A stretch of 57,252 nt of DNA, taken from the IMG/VR virus record IMGVR_UViG_3300025128_000041, positions 1 through 57,252 of that record; one strand, 5' to 3'. Of this stretch, positions 1 to 10,090 are shown piece after piece. The stretch's first letter is position 1, and every line of letters begins with the position of its first letter. Position numbers and translations under genes: made by a program. This DNA comes from a virus (lineage: Duplodnaviria > Caudoviricetes). The notes under the pieces are model-generated. The model saw nothing but the letters and a program-made list of their open reading frames with translations, was not told the origin of the DNA and did not search any database.

Positions 1-350
1 TATCATTAAAGTTTTCTAAAATATCAAACACAGGCCAATAACTCTTAAGGTGTTTAAACGTTATAACAACCTTATCGTCATTCCACGCTCTTCTTGCATA
101 CGGGCATGGAGACATCCCGTTATAACGGTCATCAGGCTCTTCCAGCCAATTAAAAGACCACTCTCTGATCTCCTTACGAATAGTATATTCTCGTATACTA
201 TTAGTTTTATTGGCTAAATATTCTAGCTTTGCCATAGCCTTAATATCATGTAGCTAATTTTGCTAGCCGTTCTTTCTAAAGTATTGAGTTCGAGCTGCGC
301 CGCTACCACGAGCAATTGTTTTAGGCTCACCTACTAAGCTGCCACCACTC
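1..350. repeat. Terminal overlap with 56594-57252 (allele lacking the 120-aa gene)
   Basis: 1-127 identical to 56594-56720; then scattered synonymous substitutions up to the ATG at 236/56828; 306-350 identical to the last 45 bases. Confidence 0.95.
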
Positions 351-487
351 ATCTTCTGTATTTCTTCCTGCTCAGATATAGCAATAGCCATAGCTTGTTT
401 AGGATTAGTAACCTTATCTCCTGAACCGGATTTAAGGTCACCGCTTCTAAACTCCTTCATAACTTTTTTAATCTTCTTTCCAGCCAT
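263..487 (-). CDS. Small basic phage protein, DUF6496-like
   Basis: KVMKEFRSGDLKSGSGDKVTNPKQAMAIAISE matches the pattern of this family; start overlaps the upstream stop. Confidence 0.7.
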   Translation of the reverse strand: MAGKKIKKVMKEFRSGDLKSGSGDKVTNPKQAMAIAISEQEEIQKMSGGSLVGEPKTIARGSGAARTQYFRKNG

Positions 488-723
488 TACACCGCCTTTT
501 TCAACGAGCCTTGCAGCTCCTTGCCTAGTTTTTTGATTGTCTGCTCCGACATATTAAGAAAATGTTCTAATGGCATTTTGTGCGCTATTGGTATAACGCT
601 TTTTGTTTCAAGTATTACTACATCCACATCCTGATCCAGCGATATAACTATATTGCAAGGATCGGCAGGATCAGTAAGACAAAACAAAACCGCGACCATT
701 TTTTCATCAAATTCACTAAGCAT
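487..723 (-). CDS. Hypothetical protein
   Basis: ORF coupled to both neighbours by TAATG overlaps in the late operon. Confidence 0.65.
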   Translation of the reverse strand: MLSEFDEKMVAVLFCLTDPADPCNIVISLDQDVDVVILETKSVIPIAHKMPLEHFLNMSEQTIKKLGKELQGSLKKAV

Positions 724-1124
724 TATCCAAACCTTTTCGCAACCTGCATTACAACAACGTAAACGTCACCGCTAGAGTGACCTGTTGTAGTAAACTGCAC
801 ATCGCCTGTAGTTCCAGAGGACAATGGATCTGGTAATCCAAACTCAGAAAAATCTAACGTATCAGTCCAATCAGCAGCTAATTGCCACGCAAGGTCATCA
901 GTAGAAGCGTCAAATAATATCTTTAAGCCCATACCAATGGTTTGATAATAGATTTTTTGTATAACAACAGACGAGCAAGATGCACCCGTAATACTTGGCG
1001 TTAGGGCAGAAACATCTATTTTAGTTACTGCGCTTTCACCCGTTCCATCACTGACATTAATAAACTTAAAGATGGCTGTTTTAGGGCCATCTTGAATAGT
1101 TTGGGTTGATACCGCATCAGCCAT
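723..1124 (-). CDS. Conserved virion-associated protein
   Basis: MADAVSTQTIQDG...SDGTGESAVTKIDVSAL N-terminus typical of aquatic phage head-region genes; GGAG SD. Confidence 0.7.
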   Translation of the reverse strand: MADAVSTQTIQDGPKTAIFKFINVSDGTGESAVTKIDVSALTPSITGASCSSVVIQKIYYQTIGMGLKILFDASTDDLAWQLAADWTDTLDFSEFGLPDPLSSGTTGDVQFTTTGHSSGDVYVVVMQVAKRFG

Positions 1125-1134
1125 AAATTACTCC

Positions 1135-1755
1135 CTACGATGCTACGTCGTAGCCAGTGATCTCAATCAGGAAACGTCCTGCTGTATATGCAGCATGACC
1201 TGTGCCTTGACCTACCAAGTATAAATACTGATCAGCAGCTATAGTTCCACCAGCAACCATAGTTCCTGCGGAAGCAGCACCGGCATTAATAATCTGAGTT
1301 TCTGTTAAATCACCAATGGCTGTGTCATTAACACCTGTGCCTTCAGTAGCAGAATACAAATCTATATCCGTACCACCACCAGCAGGTGTTTCGGTGCAAG
1401 TCATAGTCACACCAAATACAACGCCTTGGTTAGCCGTGGTTACTCGGCCAATAAATGCAACTCCATCACCATCTTTACCAATGATGTCGCCAGCAGTTCC
1501 ACCATCTCGCAAATCAGTAAGATCAATCATTATGGTTGTCTTAACAATATTTACATTAGTGTCAACGTCACTCTTTAAGCGATTAACTTGAGTTACATAA
1601 ACAGCAGCGGTGCCTTCAATACCAGCATCTGAAGTGGCTTCAGTAGCCATCTTGTCACCACTAGTAACTGTAATAGCGCCCGTGGTTGCATTTTTAGAAA
1701 TTTGTTGATACCCATTTTCCGAACGGACTGGGCCATTAAACGTAGTCTTAGCCAT
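1135..1755 (-). CDS. Putative head decoration/structural protein
   Basis: MAKTTFNGPVRSENG N-terminus, Thr/Gly-rich, directly downstream of the capsid gene; AGGAG SD. Confidence 0.7.
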   Translation of the reverse strand: MAKTTFNGPVRSENGYQQISKNATTGAITVTSGDKMATEATSDAGIEGTAAVYVTQVNRLKSDVDTNVNIVKTTIMIDLTDLRDGGTAGDIIGKDGDGVAFIGRVTTANQGVVFGVTMTCTETPAGGGTDIDLYSATEGTGVNDTAIGDLTETQIINAGAASAGTMVAGGTIAADQYLYLVGQGTGHAAYTAGRFLIEITGYDVAS

Positions 1756-1803
1756 GTGTGTCTCCTGTCGTGGCTAGTGTCTGTTGATTATACAACAGTC
1801 AGG

Positions 1804-1831
1804 AAAGAAAAGGGGGCGCAAAGCACCCCCC
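1804..1831 (-). terminator. Rho-independent terminator after the major capsid gene
   Basis: Minus strand GGGGGTGC-TTT-GCGCCCCC followed by TTTTCTTT, just after the capsid stop codon. Confidence 0.75.
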
Positions 1832-1837
1832 AATCCG

Positions 1838-2776
1838 TTAGCTCGATCCGGGTGATCCAAAGATTCCTAGTGGATCAGATACGCCGAAACTATAACGCTC
1901 TCGCGCCTTGTATCGAACATTACCTGTATCGAAATCACCGTCCATCGAATTCTCCAAAGCAGCTCTCTCAAAGTGCTTCATACCGTTAGGTATGTCTGTA
2001 ATCAGATACCATGAGTTAGTATCAGTCAAATAGTGATTGACTGAGTAGCCTTCTGGAATAGTTCCATTGGAACGAATTGCGTTGATGTCGTTATCCGCTG
2101 TCGCAGGTCTACCCTCCGATTGCAGAATACGAGTCGCCACAAACATATTGTTTGGGGGAACAATCAACTTTCTAGGACGAGCTGCGATCAATAGACCTCG
2201 CTCATCTTTCCAACCAGCAATAGTAATAACCGCTGCTTCGAGGGACGTTTCATTCAAGTCAGTTCCAGTGGCAGGACGATTATTGTTCTTGCCTCCGTCA
2301 ACTGTTGGGTGACCGTCACCGCCAGTTACACCATCACCAGACGCTGTGAAAAGGTTAACCCCATCACCTGACTGATATGAATTAGTGAAACCGTTGTTAA
2401 GCGGATTAGCAGCTTTGACTTGCTTAGTGTAAGCCATTGCTCTTGCTAATGCTTTGGTATAACGAGCAGACAGTGAGTCATAGAGGTTATCCTCCATAGC
2501 TTCTTCTGTAATTGCGAAACCCATTCCAATGGTTTCGTGATTATACCTAGCAGTGAAAGACTCTTGCGCAGTATCGTAACTGATAGCTGAACCTTCGTCT
2601 TTAACTGGTGCCGCAGCAAATCCACTCAACTTAACCTCTTCCTCGAATGAACGATCTGAAGATTCAGTCTCATAAATTTCTGCGTGTTCGTCTTCGTACT
2701 TATTGTACTCCAAGCCAAAAAGGGCATTAAGTCCCGGCAGGAGTTCCTTAAGCATTTGCGCTCTTGAAATAGCCAT
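1838..2776 (-). CDS. Major capsid protein (HK97 fold)
   Basis: MAISRAQMLKELLPGLNALFGLEY...DFDTGNVRYKARERYSFGVSDP signature; position after scaffold and decoration genes. Confidence 0.9.
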   Translation of the reverse strand: MAISRAQMLKELLPGLNALFGLEYNKYEDEHAEIYETESSDRSFEEEVKLSGFAAAPVKDEGSAISYDTAQESFTARYNHETIGMGFAITEEAMEDNLYDSLSARYTKALARAMAYTKQVKAANPLNNGFTNSYQSGDGVNLFTASGDGVTGGDGHPTVDGGKNNNRPATGTDLNETSLEAAVITIAGWKDERGLLIAARPRKLIVPPNNMFVATRILQSEGRPATADNDINAIRSNGTIPEGYSVNHYLTDTNSWYLITDIPNGMKHFERAALENSMDGDFDTGNVRYKARERYSFGVSDPLGIFGSPGSS

Positions 2777-2789
2777 TCTCTAATCTCCC

Positions 2790-3368
2790 TTAAACGCCAG
2801 TCGTATTAACGTACTGGTGACCAACATTGAATTTCATAATGACATCTGTATAGGTGTCATTGACTGCACTATTCGGGCCTGTCCAAAAATCATAGATTCT
2901 CAGCGGTAGCGTGTTAGTAGTTGCTACGGTGCTTCCGTCTACAGCATTCTTGCTTCGACCAATAGATGTTGAACCCGCTGTTTGTACTACAGCGAAGTTA
3001 GCGCCAATTGCTGTTTGGGCAATTGCTGCATCACTTTGCATTACAAATACAACATTAGGATCAGTAACGATATATGCCTCTGCATCGCTAGCAACCGTTG
3101 AAGCGGGCCACTGTTGATTAAAAGTCATTTGGTTAGTGCTTGGGTCTGTGTATTTACATCCCAAGAATATGCCGATAGGAGTTAAGGTTGTTGTGCCAGT
3201 ATCTTTCTCGACAGTACCAGCGGCAACTAACTTAACGAAATCGCCATAAAAAATAGCAGTAGCATAACCACTAGCTATCTTGATGTGCTGAACCTTGCCA
3301 TTAAACGAGCCACTTGCGCTCGTAGTGTTGACTGGTCTAGCACCTGAAGGGGCTGCTGTTGTAGCCAT
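2790..3368 (-). CDS. Capsid cement/decoration protein
   Basis: IASGYATAIFYGDFVKL...GIFLGCKYTDP motif; immediately upstream of the capsid gene. Confidence 0.7.
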   Translation of the reverse strand: MATTAAPSGARPVNTTSASGSFNGKVQHIKIASGYATAIFYGDFVKLVAAGTVEKDTGTTTLTPIGIFLGCKYTDPSTNQMTFNQQWPASTVASDAEAYIVTDPNVVFVMQSDAAIAQTAIGANFAVVQTAGSTSIGRSKNAVDGSTVATTNTLPLRIYDFWTGPNSAVNDTYTDVIMKFNVGHQYVNTTGV

Positions 3369-3404
3369 TAGATGTTACCTCGTTCAAACAATTTAATGCG
3401 GTTA

Positions 3405-3866
3405 CTAAGAACCACGGCCAAACGTAACACGAGTGTTTCGATCCGGTTTCAGCAAAGGCATCCGTGGATCGTTTTCTTTCATGTACGAGTTATCAACGCT
3501 CTGCATTTGTTGAGATGCTACATTTTCGTAATAACGCTGACGAGCTTCCGCAACTTCATCTGGAGCTTTACACAATAGCAATCCTCCAATTTCAACACAT
3601 CCGGGGAATCGAGATTCATGGTCTGGTATGATCTCTAACTCTGGATGGTCTTCCAACTTACAAGGTTCCCAGCCTTCTCTAAAACGCATTGATACATTAG
3701 TAGCATCACTTTGTCCCGTCATGGCAGTTCGGATATACCGAAACGTCCATCCCGGTTGAGGGGTAGGGTCAGGTAGTATTGGTGGAGGTGACCATTGCTC
3801 CATTCGCGCATTCTTATCACGCGACTCTAGTTCCCTTGGCGATCTTTCTTGAGTATCGTCTTCCAT
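3405..3866 (-). CDS. Conserved head-module protein
   Basis: WSPPPILPDP..GWTFRYIR..REGWEP..GGLLLCK motifs; lies between scaffold and decoration genes. Confidence 0.7.
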   Translation of the reverse strand: MEDDTQERSPRELESRDKNARMEQWSPPPILPDPTPQPGWTFRYIRTAMTGQSDATNVSMRFREGWEPCKLEDHPELEIIPDHESRFPGCVEIGGLLLCKAPDEVAEARQRYYENVASQQMQSVDNSYMKENDPRMPLLKPDRNTRVTFGRGS

Positions 3867-3878
3867 TAGCTAATCTCC

Positions 3879-4814
3879 TTATAATTGTGCTGCATATTGT
3901 TCATTGGTAATCCCAAGCCGTTTCGCTAACTGTACTTGCGTTTCAGATAACTTAACTTTGCGGGACTTCCTACCTGCTCGTTGAGCGGGTGCAACAACGG
4001 TGGATGTTCTTCTTTGTGTTGATTCAGACTGTTCTCTTTCAACCCCGAAGGCTTTTGGAAAACTCTCTCGAAGCGTTTTATCAATGGCTGAAAAGTATTC
4101 AGGAGAGTTTCTAACTATCCCTCTATGACCTAACATCTCATCTAAACCGTAAGCAAAACCTGTTAAGGCTTCATTTCCGGGCGCTCCAAACCAAGGGTTT
4201 TTTTGCAACCACGAAACCAGATTGGGGTCCATAGGTTGCTGTTGCGGCGCTGTCGCCGTTTGTTGTTGAGGTATCTGCTGTTCAGGCACACTCTGTTCTG
4301 GATTTACTTGAGGCTGATAGTTCTGTATATACGTTCTATCTGCCTGTATTTTTGCCATCTGCTCTTGAGCAGCAACCATCGCATCCGTATCACCTTCTTC
4401 GTGAGCTTGCTTATACGCACGCTTCGCGGTTTCTAATTCAGCTTCGGTTCGCGTCTGCACACTCTGTAGTAATGCTTGCTCGCTCCTGCCAACTAAACCT
4501 TGTAGGTGATCGTTGTGTTGTTTCTGCTGCTGTGCAAATTGAATTGCCTCATCACGCATACGCTGGGCTTCTTCTTTCTCCCTGCGTTGTTGATGGTATT
4601 CATACTTAAGACGATTAGTTCTTTTCTTAACGTTCTCATCCATGTCATCTATTTCGTCATCAAGACGAAACGGTTCGGATTGAGTTCTTAATTCTTTCTG
4701 ATCTTCAGCCGGACGATCATCAACTACCTCAACTTCTATCTCTTCGATTTCTTGAGGAACAAGATCTAATTCAGATTGAGGCTCTATAGGTTCTGGAAAT
4801 GATAATTCAGACAC
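3879..4814 (-). CDS. Capsid scaffolding protein
   Basis: Acidic coiled coil, WLQKNPWFG motif, C-terminal VKLSETQVQLAKRLGITNEQYA; position in head module. Confidence 0.7.
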   Translation of the reverse strand: MSELSFPEPIEPQSELDLVPQEIEEIEVEVVDDRPAEDQKELRTQSEPFRLDDEIDDMDENVKKRTNRLKYEYHQQRREKEEAQRMRDEAIQFAQQQKQHNDHLQGLVGRSEQALLQSVQTRTEAELETAKRAYKQAHEEGDTDAMVAAQEQMAKIQADRTYIQNYQPQVNPEQSVPEQQIPQQQTATAPQQQPMDPNLVSWLQKNPWFGAPGNEALTGFAYGLDEMLGHRGIVRNSPEYFSAIDKTLRESFPKAFGVEREQSESTQRRTSTVVAPAQRAGRKSRKVKLSETQVQLAKRLGITNEQYAAQL

Positions 4815-5220
4815 GCCTTATCCCCCTTGGATCTTCGACAACAGCTTCCACTGTGTCATCGTTAATGATACGAAACTCTTTGCCATGTATGCTTATCCGT
4901 GTTCCGCTATAAGATCGCATTAGGATAAAGTCGCCTTCTTTGCACCACGGGCCGCTTGGAAAACGTTTCTTATCCTGATAACAGTCTGGCCCCAACTTAA
5001 GAACAAACCCAACGATTGTGGCTGTTTCCTCAATCTCGATAGTCTGTCTTGCTTTAAGTATTCCGCCATCTGTTTTCTCTTCGCTTTCAGGTATACCAAT
5101 TAATATATGATACCCTGATGGTTCTGGTAGTTGTTTCGCCTTTTCTGCTTCAGACGATTCTTCTACCGCTTGTATTGTAGTTTCTGCTACTACGTCCATC
5201 TGCTTACCCTTATACACCAC
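4807..5220 (-). CDS. groES: Co-chaperonin GroES-like protein
   Basis: PSGYHILI..EEKTDGGIL..GFVLKLGPDCY..KEGDFILMRSYSGTRISIHGKEFRIINDDTVEAVV is a cpn10 pattern; start may be 5199. Confidence 0.85.
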   Translation of the reverse strand: MVYKGKQMDVVAETTIQAVEESSEAEKAKQLPEPSGYHILIGIPESEEKTDGGILKARQTIEIEETATIVGFVLKLGPDCYQDKKRFPSGPWCKEGDFILMRSYSGTRISIHGKEFRIINDDTVEAVVEDPRGIRRV

Positions 5221-5256
5221 TTAAAAGGAAGTGGTTAACCTTCGCACCCTGTAGTG

Positions 5257-5460
5257 CTAAATCTCAGTAAACGTTTTTTCGGCTACCTCCGTTATTTCAC
5301 GTTTTGCCATTTGTAAACCTTCTATCTGCCCCCTAACAACTTTATATTGCTCCATCGTTTCGATGCTTCCTGCAATTAAGGTTTCCGTTAGGCGAACTTC
5401 AGCCTCGTTTAAACGCGACAATATCAAATCTATAAACTGCGGGTCAACAAAATCTGCCAT
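5257..5460 (-). CDS. Conserved hypothetical protein after portal
   Basis: MEQYKVVRGQIEGL motif; TAATG coupling to the portal gene. Confidence 0.7.
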   Translation of the reverse strand: MADFVDPQFIDLILSRLNEAEVRLTETLIAGSIETMEQYKVVRGQIEGLQMAKREITEVAEKTFTEI

Positions 5461-8081
5461 TATCTTACGGGCTTCTTAGGGTTTGTTATCTGTTCGGCTA
5501 TCTTTCTACCAAGCTCTGCGCCAGCTTTTTTCTCGTCTGATGCAATCTTTGCTTCGCTCATTGCGTTTTTCAATAGTGAATCAGCAATGCGTGTACCTAT
5601 CTCAACACCCCTTGCTCTTTGATTTTCACTAAGTTCTTTTTCACTAGCCATGCGGTCTAGCGCAGAATCTATTGCGCTTGCTCCAAGCTTGATCCCAGTT
5701 AACTTTTCATTAGCCTCTAACTTACGTTGTTCAATTTCAGCACGCATTTCGGCTTTACGCATATCGGCTTCAATCTTACGTTGCTCATTAGCAGTACGCT
5801 CTGCCTCGTTCTGAGCTTTTGCCGTAGCCGCTTGTTCATTAATCTGAAGTTCTTTCTGCTTAAGCTGCAAGATTGGATCTGCTGCTTGCTCTTGAGCTTG
5901 CTGCTCCTGTACTTCCATTTGATCTTTCTGAAGCAATTGAGCTGCTGCTTCTGCAACCAGTGATGCAAGCTTTGCTTCGACCTCTGGCGGTAGCTCCATA
6001 TCTTCTGGAGGAAGATCCATGCCAAGCTCTTTTTGTATTTCCTGTCGGTACTGGAATGCCAGATGCTCTGCAATATGAGCAGACATTTGCGCTTGTATTG
6101 CTTCTTGATTTGGCGCTTGTCCAAGTAGCTCTAACATCTTTGGATCTTGCATCATAGACATATGCGTTTGTATATGAGCCTCGTGATCCTGATAAGCAAA
6201 CGCCTTTATCGGCTCACCATTAATAAGATCCATGTTTTCGCTAACTGGATCTTTAGGCTTCAAGTCATCCTTGTCAGGTACAATGTTTTCAGGATCTCTT
6301 ATGCCCAACGCTTCAAGCATTTGCCTATGCAATACAGGCAAGTCGTATAGTTGTGGTGCTTGCTGGGATAACTGAAGAGCTGACTGATACTGCATAATCC
6401 TTTGCGACATTGTTGCGGCATTAGGATTAGATACAGGTATTACATCAACACGGCCATCAAAGTCTTTTGTAATATCATCACGTTCGCCATAAGGCTGATA
6501 CGGATATTCAGTAGGGCCGAAGTCCTCAACAATGGTAACTAACAGCTTTAGTTCGTCCTTCATTGCTGCGTGAAGTCTGGCTTGTATTGCCGACATCACT
6601 TTCATATTTCTTTCAATCAACGCAAGCGTTGTGCCTACTGGAGCCTGATTTGACATATCCGCAGCTTTAATATCTGCCATAGATGCAAATCGTCTGGACT
6701 CTTCAGTGATTGTATTAAGTAGTTGATACAGGGTGCCGCTTGGTTCTTTGTATGGAAGGAAAGATATATTCTCTTTAATCGTTCCTCCGGGTACATCCAC
6801 ATCCCTAAATTCTCCGGGCATGATTGGCGTATCGTCAGCCTTGATCCTCATACCTCTTGCCTTTAACCCGCCCGGAAGGTTAGACAATGTTCCAGCATCT
6901 ACCAACTGCCGTAGTATAGATGTAGCAGATTTAACAAGGCCACCAATTAGATGAACCAGCCCCAGACCATAAAAGCCAAGGCCGGGGATATATTCATAAT
7001 GGACAAAATGATCTCTACGCATTTTATGCGGATCATCTTCATAATAGTTTCTTCTGATCGACAACACTGTAGACGAGCCTTTGTCGATAGTAACAACATA
7101 CGGAACTGCAATACCTGTCGGCTCTCCATCTTGTTCATCGGGGAAATCCTCAAGATCTAGCTCGACCTGAACCTCCAATAACGTATGAACGCTTTCTCCA
7201 GAAAGATAACCACTACCAATTCCTGTGCCTACAGTTTCTCCAGTGATCTCTCCGTACTTGCTTTTAATGGGATCAATTTCATTATCAGGTGAGTTTAGTT
7301 CTACATCACGATACAGGCCGCTTACCTGTAGTTTACGAATCTCATTGCTAGTCTTACGCATCAAATGCGTCATGCGGTTTGTTGTTTTAAGATCTGTTGC
7401 GCCGTTGTATACCACCATGTCTTCAGCCGGAACAAACATTGAACATGGCCTACCCATGCTGGGATCATAATAAACTTTCTTGAAAGCACTACCCGCAAGC
7501 GGTAAGGAAAACAACATCCTTTCTGTTTCGCTGCGATACTCAGCCATCTTTTCTACAATGAGATAGTTCATGTAGTTCTGTATACGGCCAGCTTGCTTTT
7601 GAATCTCGTCTGTCGCTTCGCCAATAATCTTAGTACGGGCTGGGCCAGACGCAGGGAATATTTCTGAAATTGCCTGTGATTGAAATCGGATAACGGATTC
7701 GGCTAGCAAAGGATGGTGTACACCGCAAGCTCCCGGCCACGGCTCTGTACGATCTTCGATCTTTAAACCAAGAAGGTCTAAGCCCTCCATATAGGTTTCT
7801 TCCCATTCTCTTCGGGAAGCCTTGTCATCCTCATAAGCAGAGATTAGCTCAGAGCCAATAGCGCCAAGCTCAACCTCATCAATATACTCTGCTAGGTTAG
7901 AGTCAAACTCTACTGGTAGATCTTCTGCGCTAGGATCGAAATCAATAATGACCCCACCATCGTCAGTCTCCACTGAAACCGAATCGGGGTTTTCAATTTC
8001 AACAACAAGCTCTGGCGCTTCCTGTAAACGATTTTGAATATCCGCAACCTGTAGCGGATCAAGCGATTTATCTACGGCCAT
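5460..8081 (-). CDS. Portal protein (long C-terminal coiled coil)
   Basis: 873 aa directly downstream of terL; PWPGACGVHHPLL, GSAFKKVYYD, LRQLVDAGTLSNLPGG motifs. Confidence 0.9.
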   Translation of the reverse strand: MAVDKSLDPLQVADIQNRLQEAPELVVEIENPDSVSVETDDGGVIIDFDPSAEDLPVEFDSNLAEYIDEVELGAIGSELISAYEDDKASRREWEETYMEGLDLLGLKIEDRTEPWPGACGVHHPLLAESVIRFQSQAISEIFPASGPARTKIIGEATDEIQKQAGRIQNYMNYLIVEKMAEYRSETERMLFSLPLAGSAFKKVYYDPSMGRPCSMFVPAEDMVVYNGATDLKTTNRMTHLMRKTSNEIRKLQVSGLYRDVELNSPDNEIDPIKSKYGEITGETVGTGIGSGYLSGESVHTLLEVQVELDLEDFPDEQDGEPTGIAVPYVVTIDKGSSTVLSIRRNYYEDDPHKMRRDHFVHYEYIPGLGFYGLGLVHLIGGLVKSATSILRQLVDAGTLSNLPGGLKARGMRIKADDTPIMPGEFRDVDVPGGTIKENISFLPYKEPSGTLYQLLNTITEESRRFASMADIKAADMSNQAPVGTTLALIERNMKVMSAIQARLHAAMKDELKLLVTIVEDFGPTEYPYQPYGERDDITKDFDGRVDVIPVSNPNAATMSQRIMQYQSALQLSQQAPQLYDLPVLHRQMLEALGIRDPENIVPDKDDLKPKDPVSENMDLINGEPIKAFAYQDHEAHIQTHMSMMQDPKMLELLGQAPNQEAIQAQMSAHIAEHLAFQYRQEIQKELGMDLPPEDMELPPEVEAKLASLVAEAAAQLLQKDQMEVQEQQAQEQAADPILQLKQKELQINEQAATAKAQNEAERTANEQRKIEADMRKAEMRAEIEQRKLEANEKLTGIKLGASAIDSALDRMASEKELSENQRARGVEIGTRIADSLLKNAMSEAKIASDEKKAGAELGRKIAEQITNPKKPVR

Positions 8082-8114
8082 AAATAACCTCGTGTTTTAC
8101 AGAGTTTAAACGCC

Positions 8115-9638
8115 TTAGTAATAGTTAGCAATCCTTCTAACATCGTCTACTTGCGCCTCATCGTGGTCAAGTGCAATGAATCCACCCTGCCTAAATCTAA
8201 GCAACGCCTGTGTCGATGAGTCAACTAAGTCATCATGGTCGCCCACAGGAAAGGAAGCAAACTGCTCAACCACTTCTTCTGCCCATCTCTTCTTGGGTGC
8301 CCATACAACTCCTGATGCGAAGAAGTCAGCGATAGCGTTAACTCGTGATATTTTATCATTGCCACGGGAAGGTGTGTATTCCGTTACTGGTATTCCCATC
8401 GAGCGAAGCTCGAAAATTAATGGCGCACCTGCGGCCTTGGCTTCCACGATAAACGCATCGGGTTGCCATTCCTTATACATATCAAAGGCACGCTTCTTTA
8501 ACTCAGGGAACTCTAGTCTCTCCTGTAAGGCATCAAGCAGGATAATGTTGGGAGCAGATTGTCCATCATCGTTATCGGCATAGAACACGCCCCACGTTGT
8601 ACAAGCCGAGTAGTCAGCTCGTTCGTGTTTCATAAAGGCCGTATCCCAAGACTGGATAATAAAGTGGACATAGGGAGGAGCTGATTGCTCCCACATCTGC
8701 CACCAATCCCTTTTAATGATTGCCGACTCTTCTGAGGTAGGTTGCTGTTGATACTGCGCTTCCCACTTCGCTATAGGCAATTCAGCTTTAAGCTTTTCTA
8801 ATTCTTCAACCGGCCAGTAGTCGGGCCATAGTGATCTACCTGAAGGAAGTATTGCCGGTAATTCGATGACTTCCCATTCATCCATACCCTCTCTTGTGAT
8901 AGAATCACGTAGTATCTGACCGCAAAGATCTTTCTGACTCCAACGAGTCATAACGATTATGATTGCACCTCCGGGTTGTAAACGCTGGCGAGGGCCAGAA
9001 CTAAACCACTCGTAGGTACTATCAAAGACTTTAGGATCAGCTTGCTGACCTTGTTGTTCAGAATGGGGATCGTCAATGACGAGTAGATCCGCACCACGAC
9101 CTGTGACTGCGCCACCTACACCCACGGAGAAATACTCTCCTCCCCCTGATACATCGAATCGACCAGCCGCTTTAGAGTCTGAGGTAAGTGATACGCTGGG
9201 GAATACGTTATCATACTCCTCACTGTTGATCAGGTTACGAACCATACGACCAAACCTAACAGCAAGCTCGGCGGTGTGGGATGCCATAATGATTTTCTTA
9301 TCTGGAGATCTCCCCATGATCCACGCTGGCAACAACCAAGAAGTCAACTGACTCTTACCCATACGAGGAGGCATATTAATAATTAGCCTCTTAAGCTCAC
9401 CAGAAGCGACTCTCTCGAATGCTTTAGCCATCTTGACATGATGATGCCCTTCTATAAAAGCGGGCCATACAGAAGCACAGAAGTCCAAGAACGAGTCCTG
9501 ACTCTTCTCTCTATTAACCGATACCTCTAAATCACCCATCAACTTCACTACTTGCTTACGAGTTGTCGGATCAAGAGACAATAGTTTCTCAGGAGTCAGG
9601 TTAGACTTAAGCTGTTTAAACTGTTCTTGCGTATCCAT
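8115..9638 (-). CDS. terL: Terminase large subunit
   Basis: Walker A INMPPRMGKS, Walker B LLVIDDPH, VMTRW coupling motif, nuclease SWDTA and HDDLVDS. Confidence 0.95.
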   Translation of the reverse strand: MDTQEQFKQLKSNLTPEKLLSLDPTTRKQVVKLMGDLEVSVNREKSQDSFLDFCASVWPAFIEGHHHVKMAKAFERVASGELKRLIINMPPRMGKSQLTSWLLPAWIMGRSPDKKIIMASHTAELAVRFGRMVRNLINSEEYDNVFPSVSLTSDSKAAGRFDVSGGGEYFSVGVGGAVTGRGADLLVIDDPHSEQQGQQADPKVFDSTYEWFSSGPRQRLQPGGAIIIVMTRWSQKDLCGQILRDSITREGMDEWEVIELPAILPSGRSLWPDYWPVEELEKLKAELPIAKWEAQYQQQPTSEESAIIKRDWWQMWEQSAPPYVHFIIQSWDTAFMKHERADYSACTTWGVFYADNDDGQSAPNIILLDALQERLEFPELKKRAFDMYKEWQPDAFIVEAKAAGAPLIFELRSMGIPVTEYTPSRGNDKISRVNAIADFFASGVVWAPKKRWAEEVVEQFASFPVGDHDDLVDSSTQALLRFRQGGFIALDHDEAQVDDVRRIANYY

Positions 9639-10001
9639 ATACCGCCCTATAGTATAGTTATCGCCTTGCTAATGGAAGGCAGTCCCCCCATCGGGTATAA
9701 CACCACCCGATACTGGTCGGGGGGTTCCCTAGCTCCCCGACCACTCCTCAATAAGAAGCTCGTTGTAGCCATAAGTGAGCCACGCTTACTCCGAAAGGAC
9801 GAGAATCCTTTGGCTGTCAACCATTATAACTCAGGTACGTCTTACATCCAAACTGTCAACTAACATTTAGTTAACAGAAATGGTTTTTAATTTATATATA
9901 ATTTTTGTGGGGTGTAAACCAGAAAATAAACTGTGGTTTACAGGGGTGGGGGTTTGTAAAGTGAGAGTGTTCGACTGTCAGAATTTGTATATATAGGTAT
10001 A

Positions 10002-10087
10002 CGTGGGACTCCTGCGCATAATGCGGGTGGTCCGGGGTGCTGCACAACGTGTAAACGCATCGCCCGTGGGACTCCTAGGCATAATGC
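10002..10087. repeat. Two 23-bp direct repeats CGTGGGACTCCTnnGCATAATGC
   Basis: Copies at 10002-10024 and 10065-10087, 63 bp apart, between terS and terL. Confidence 0.85.
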
Positions 10088-10090
10088 ACG

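Noticed and set aside
1-350. Genuine direct terminal repeat
   Set aside because: The copies differ by SNPs and a whole gene, and they cut through the late operon; an assembly bubble is more plausible.
9627-9863. 78-aa plus-strand ORF between terL and terS
   Set aside because: Antisense to the late operon, no SD, and coincides with hairpin-rich leader sequence.
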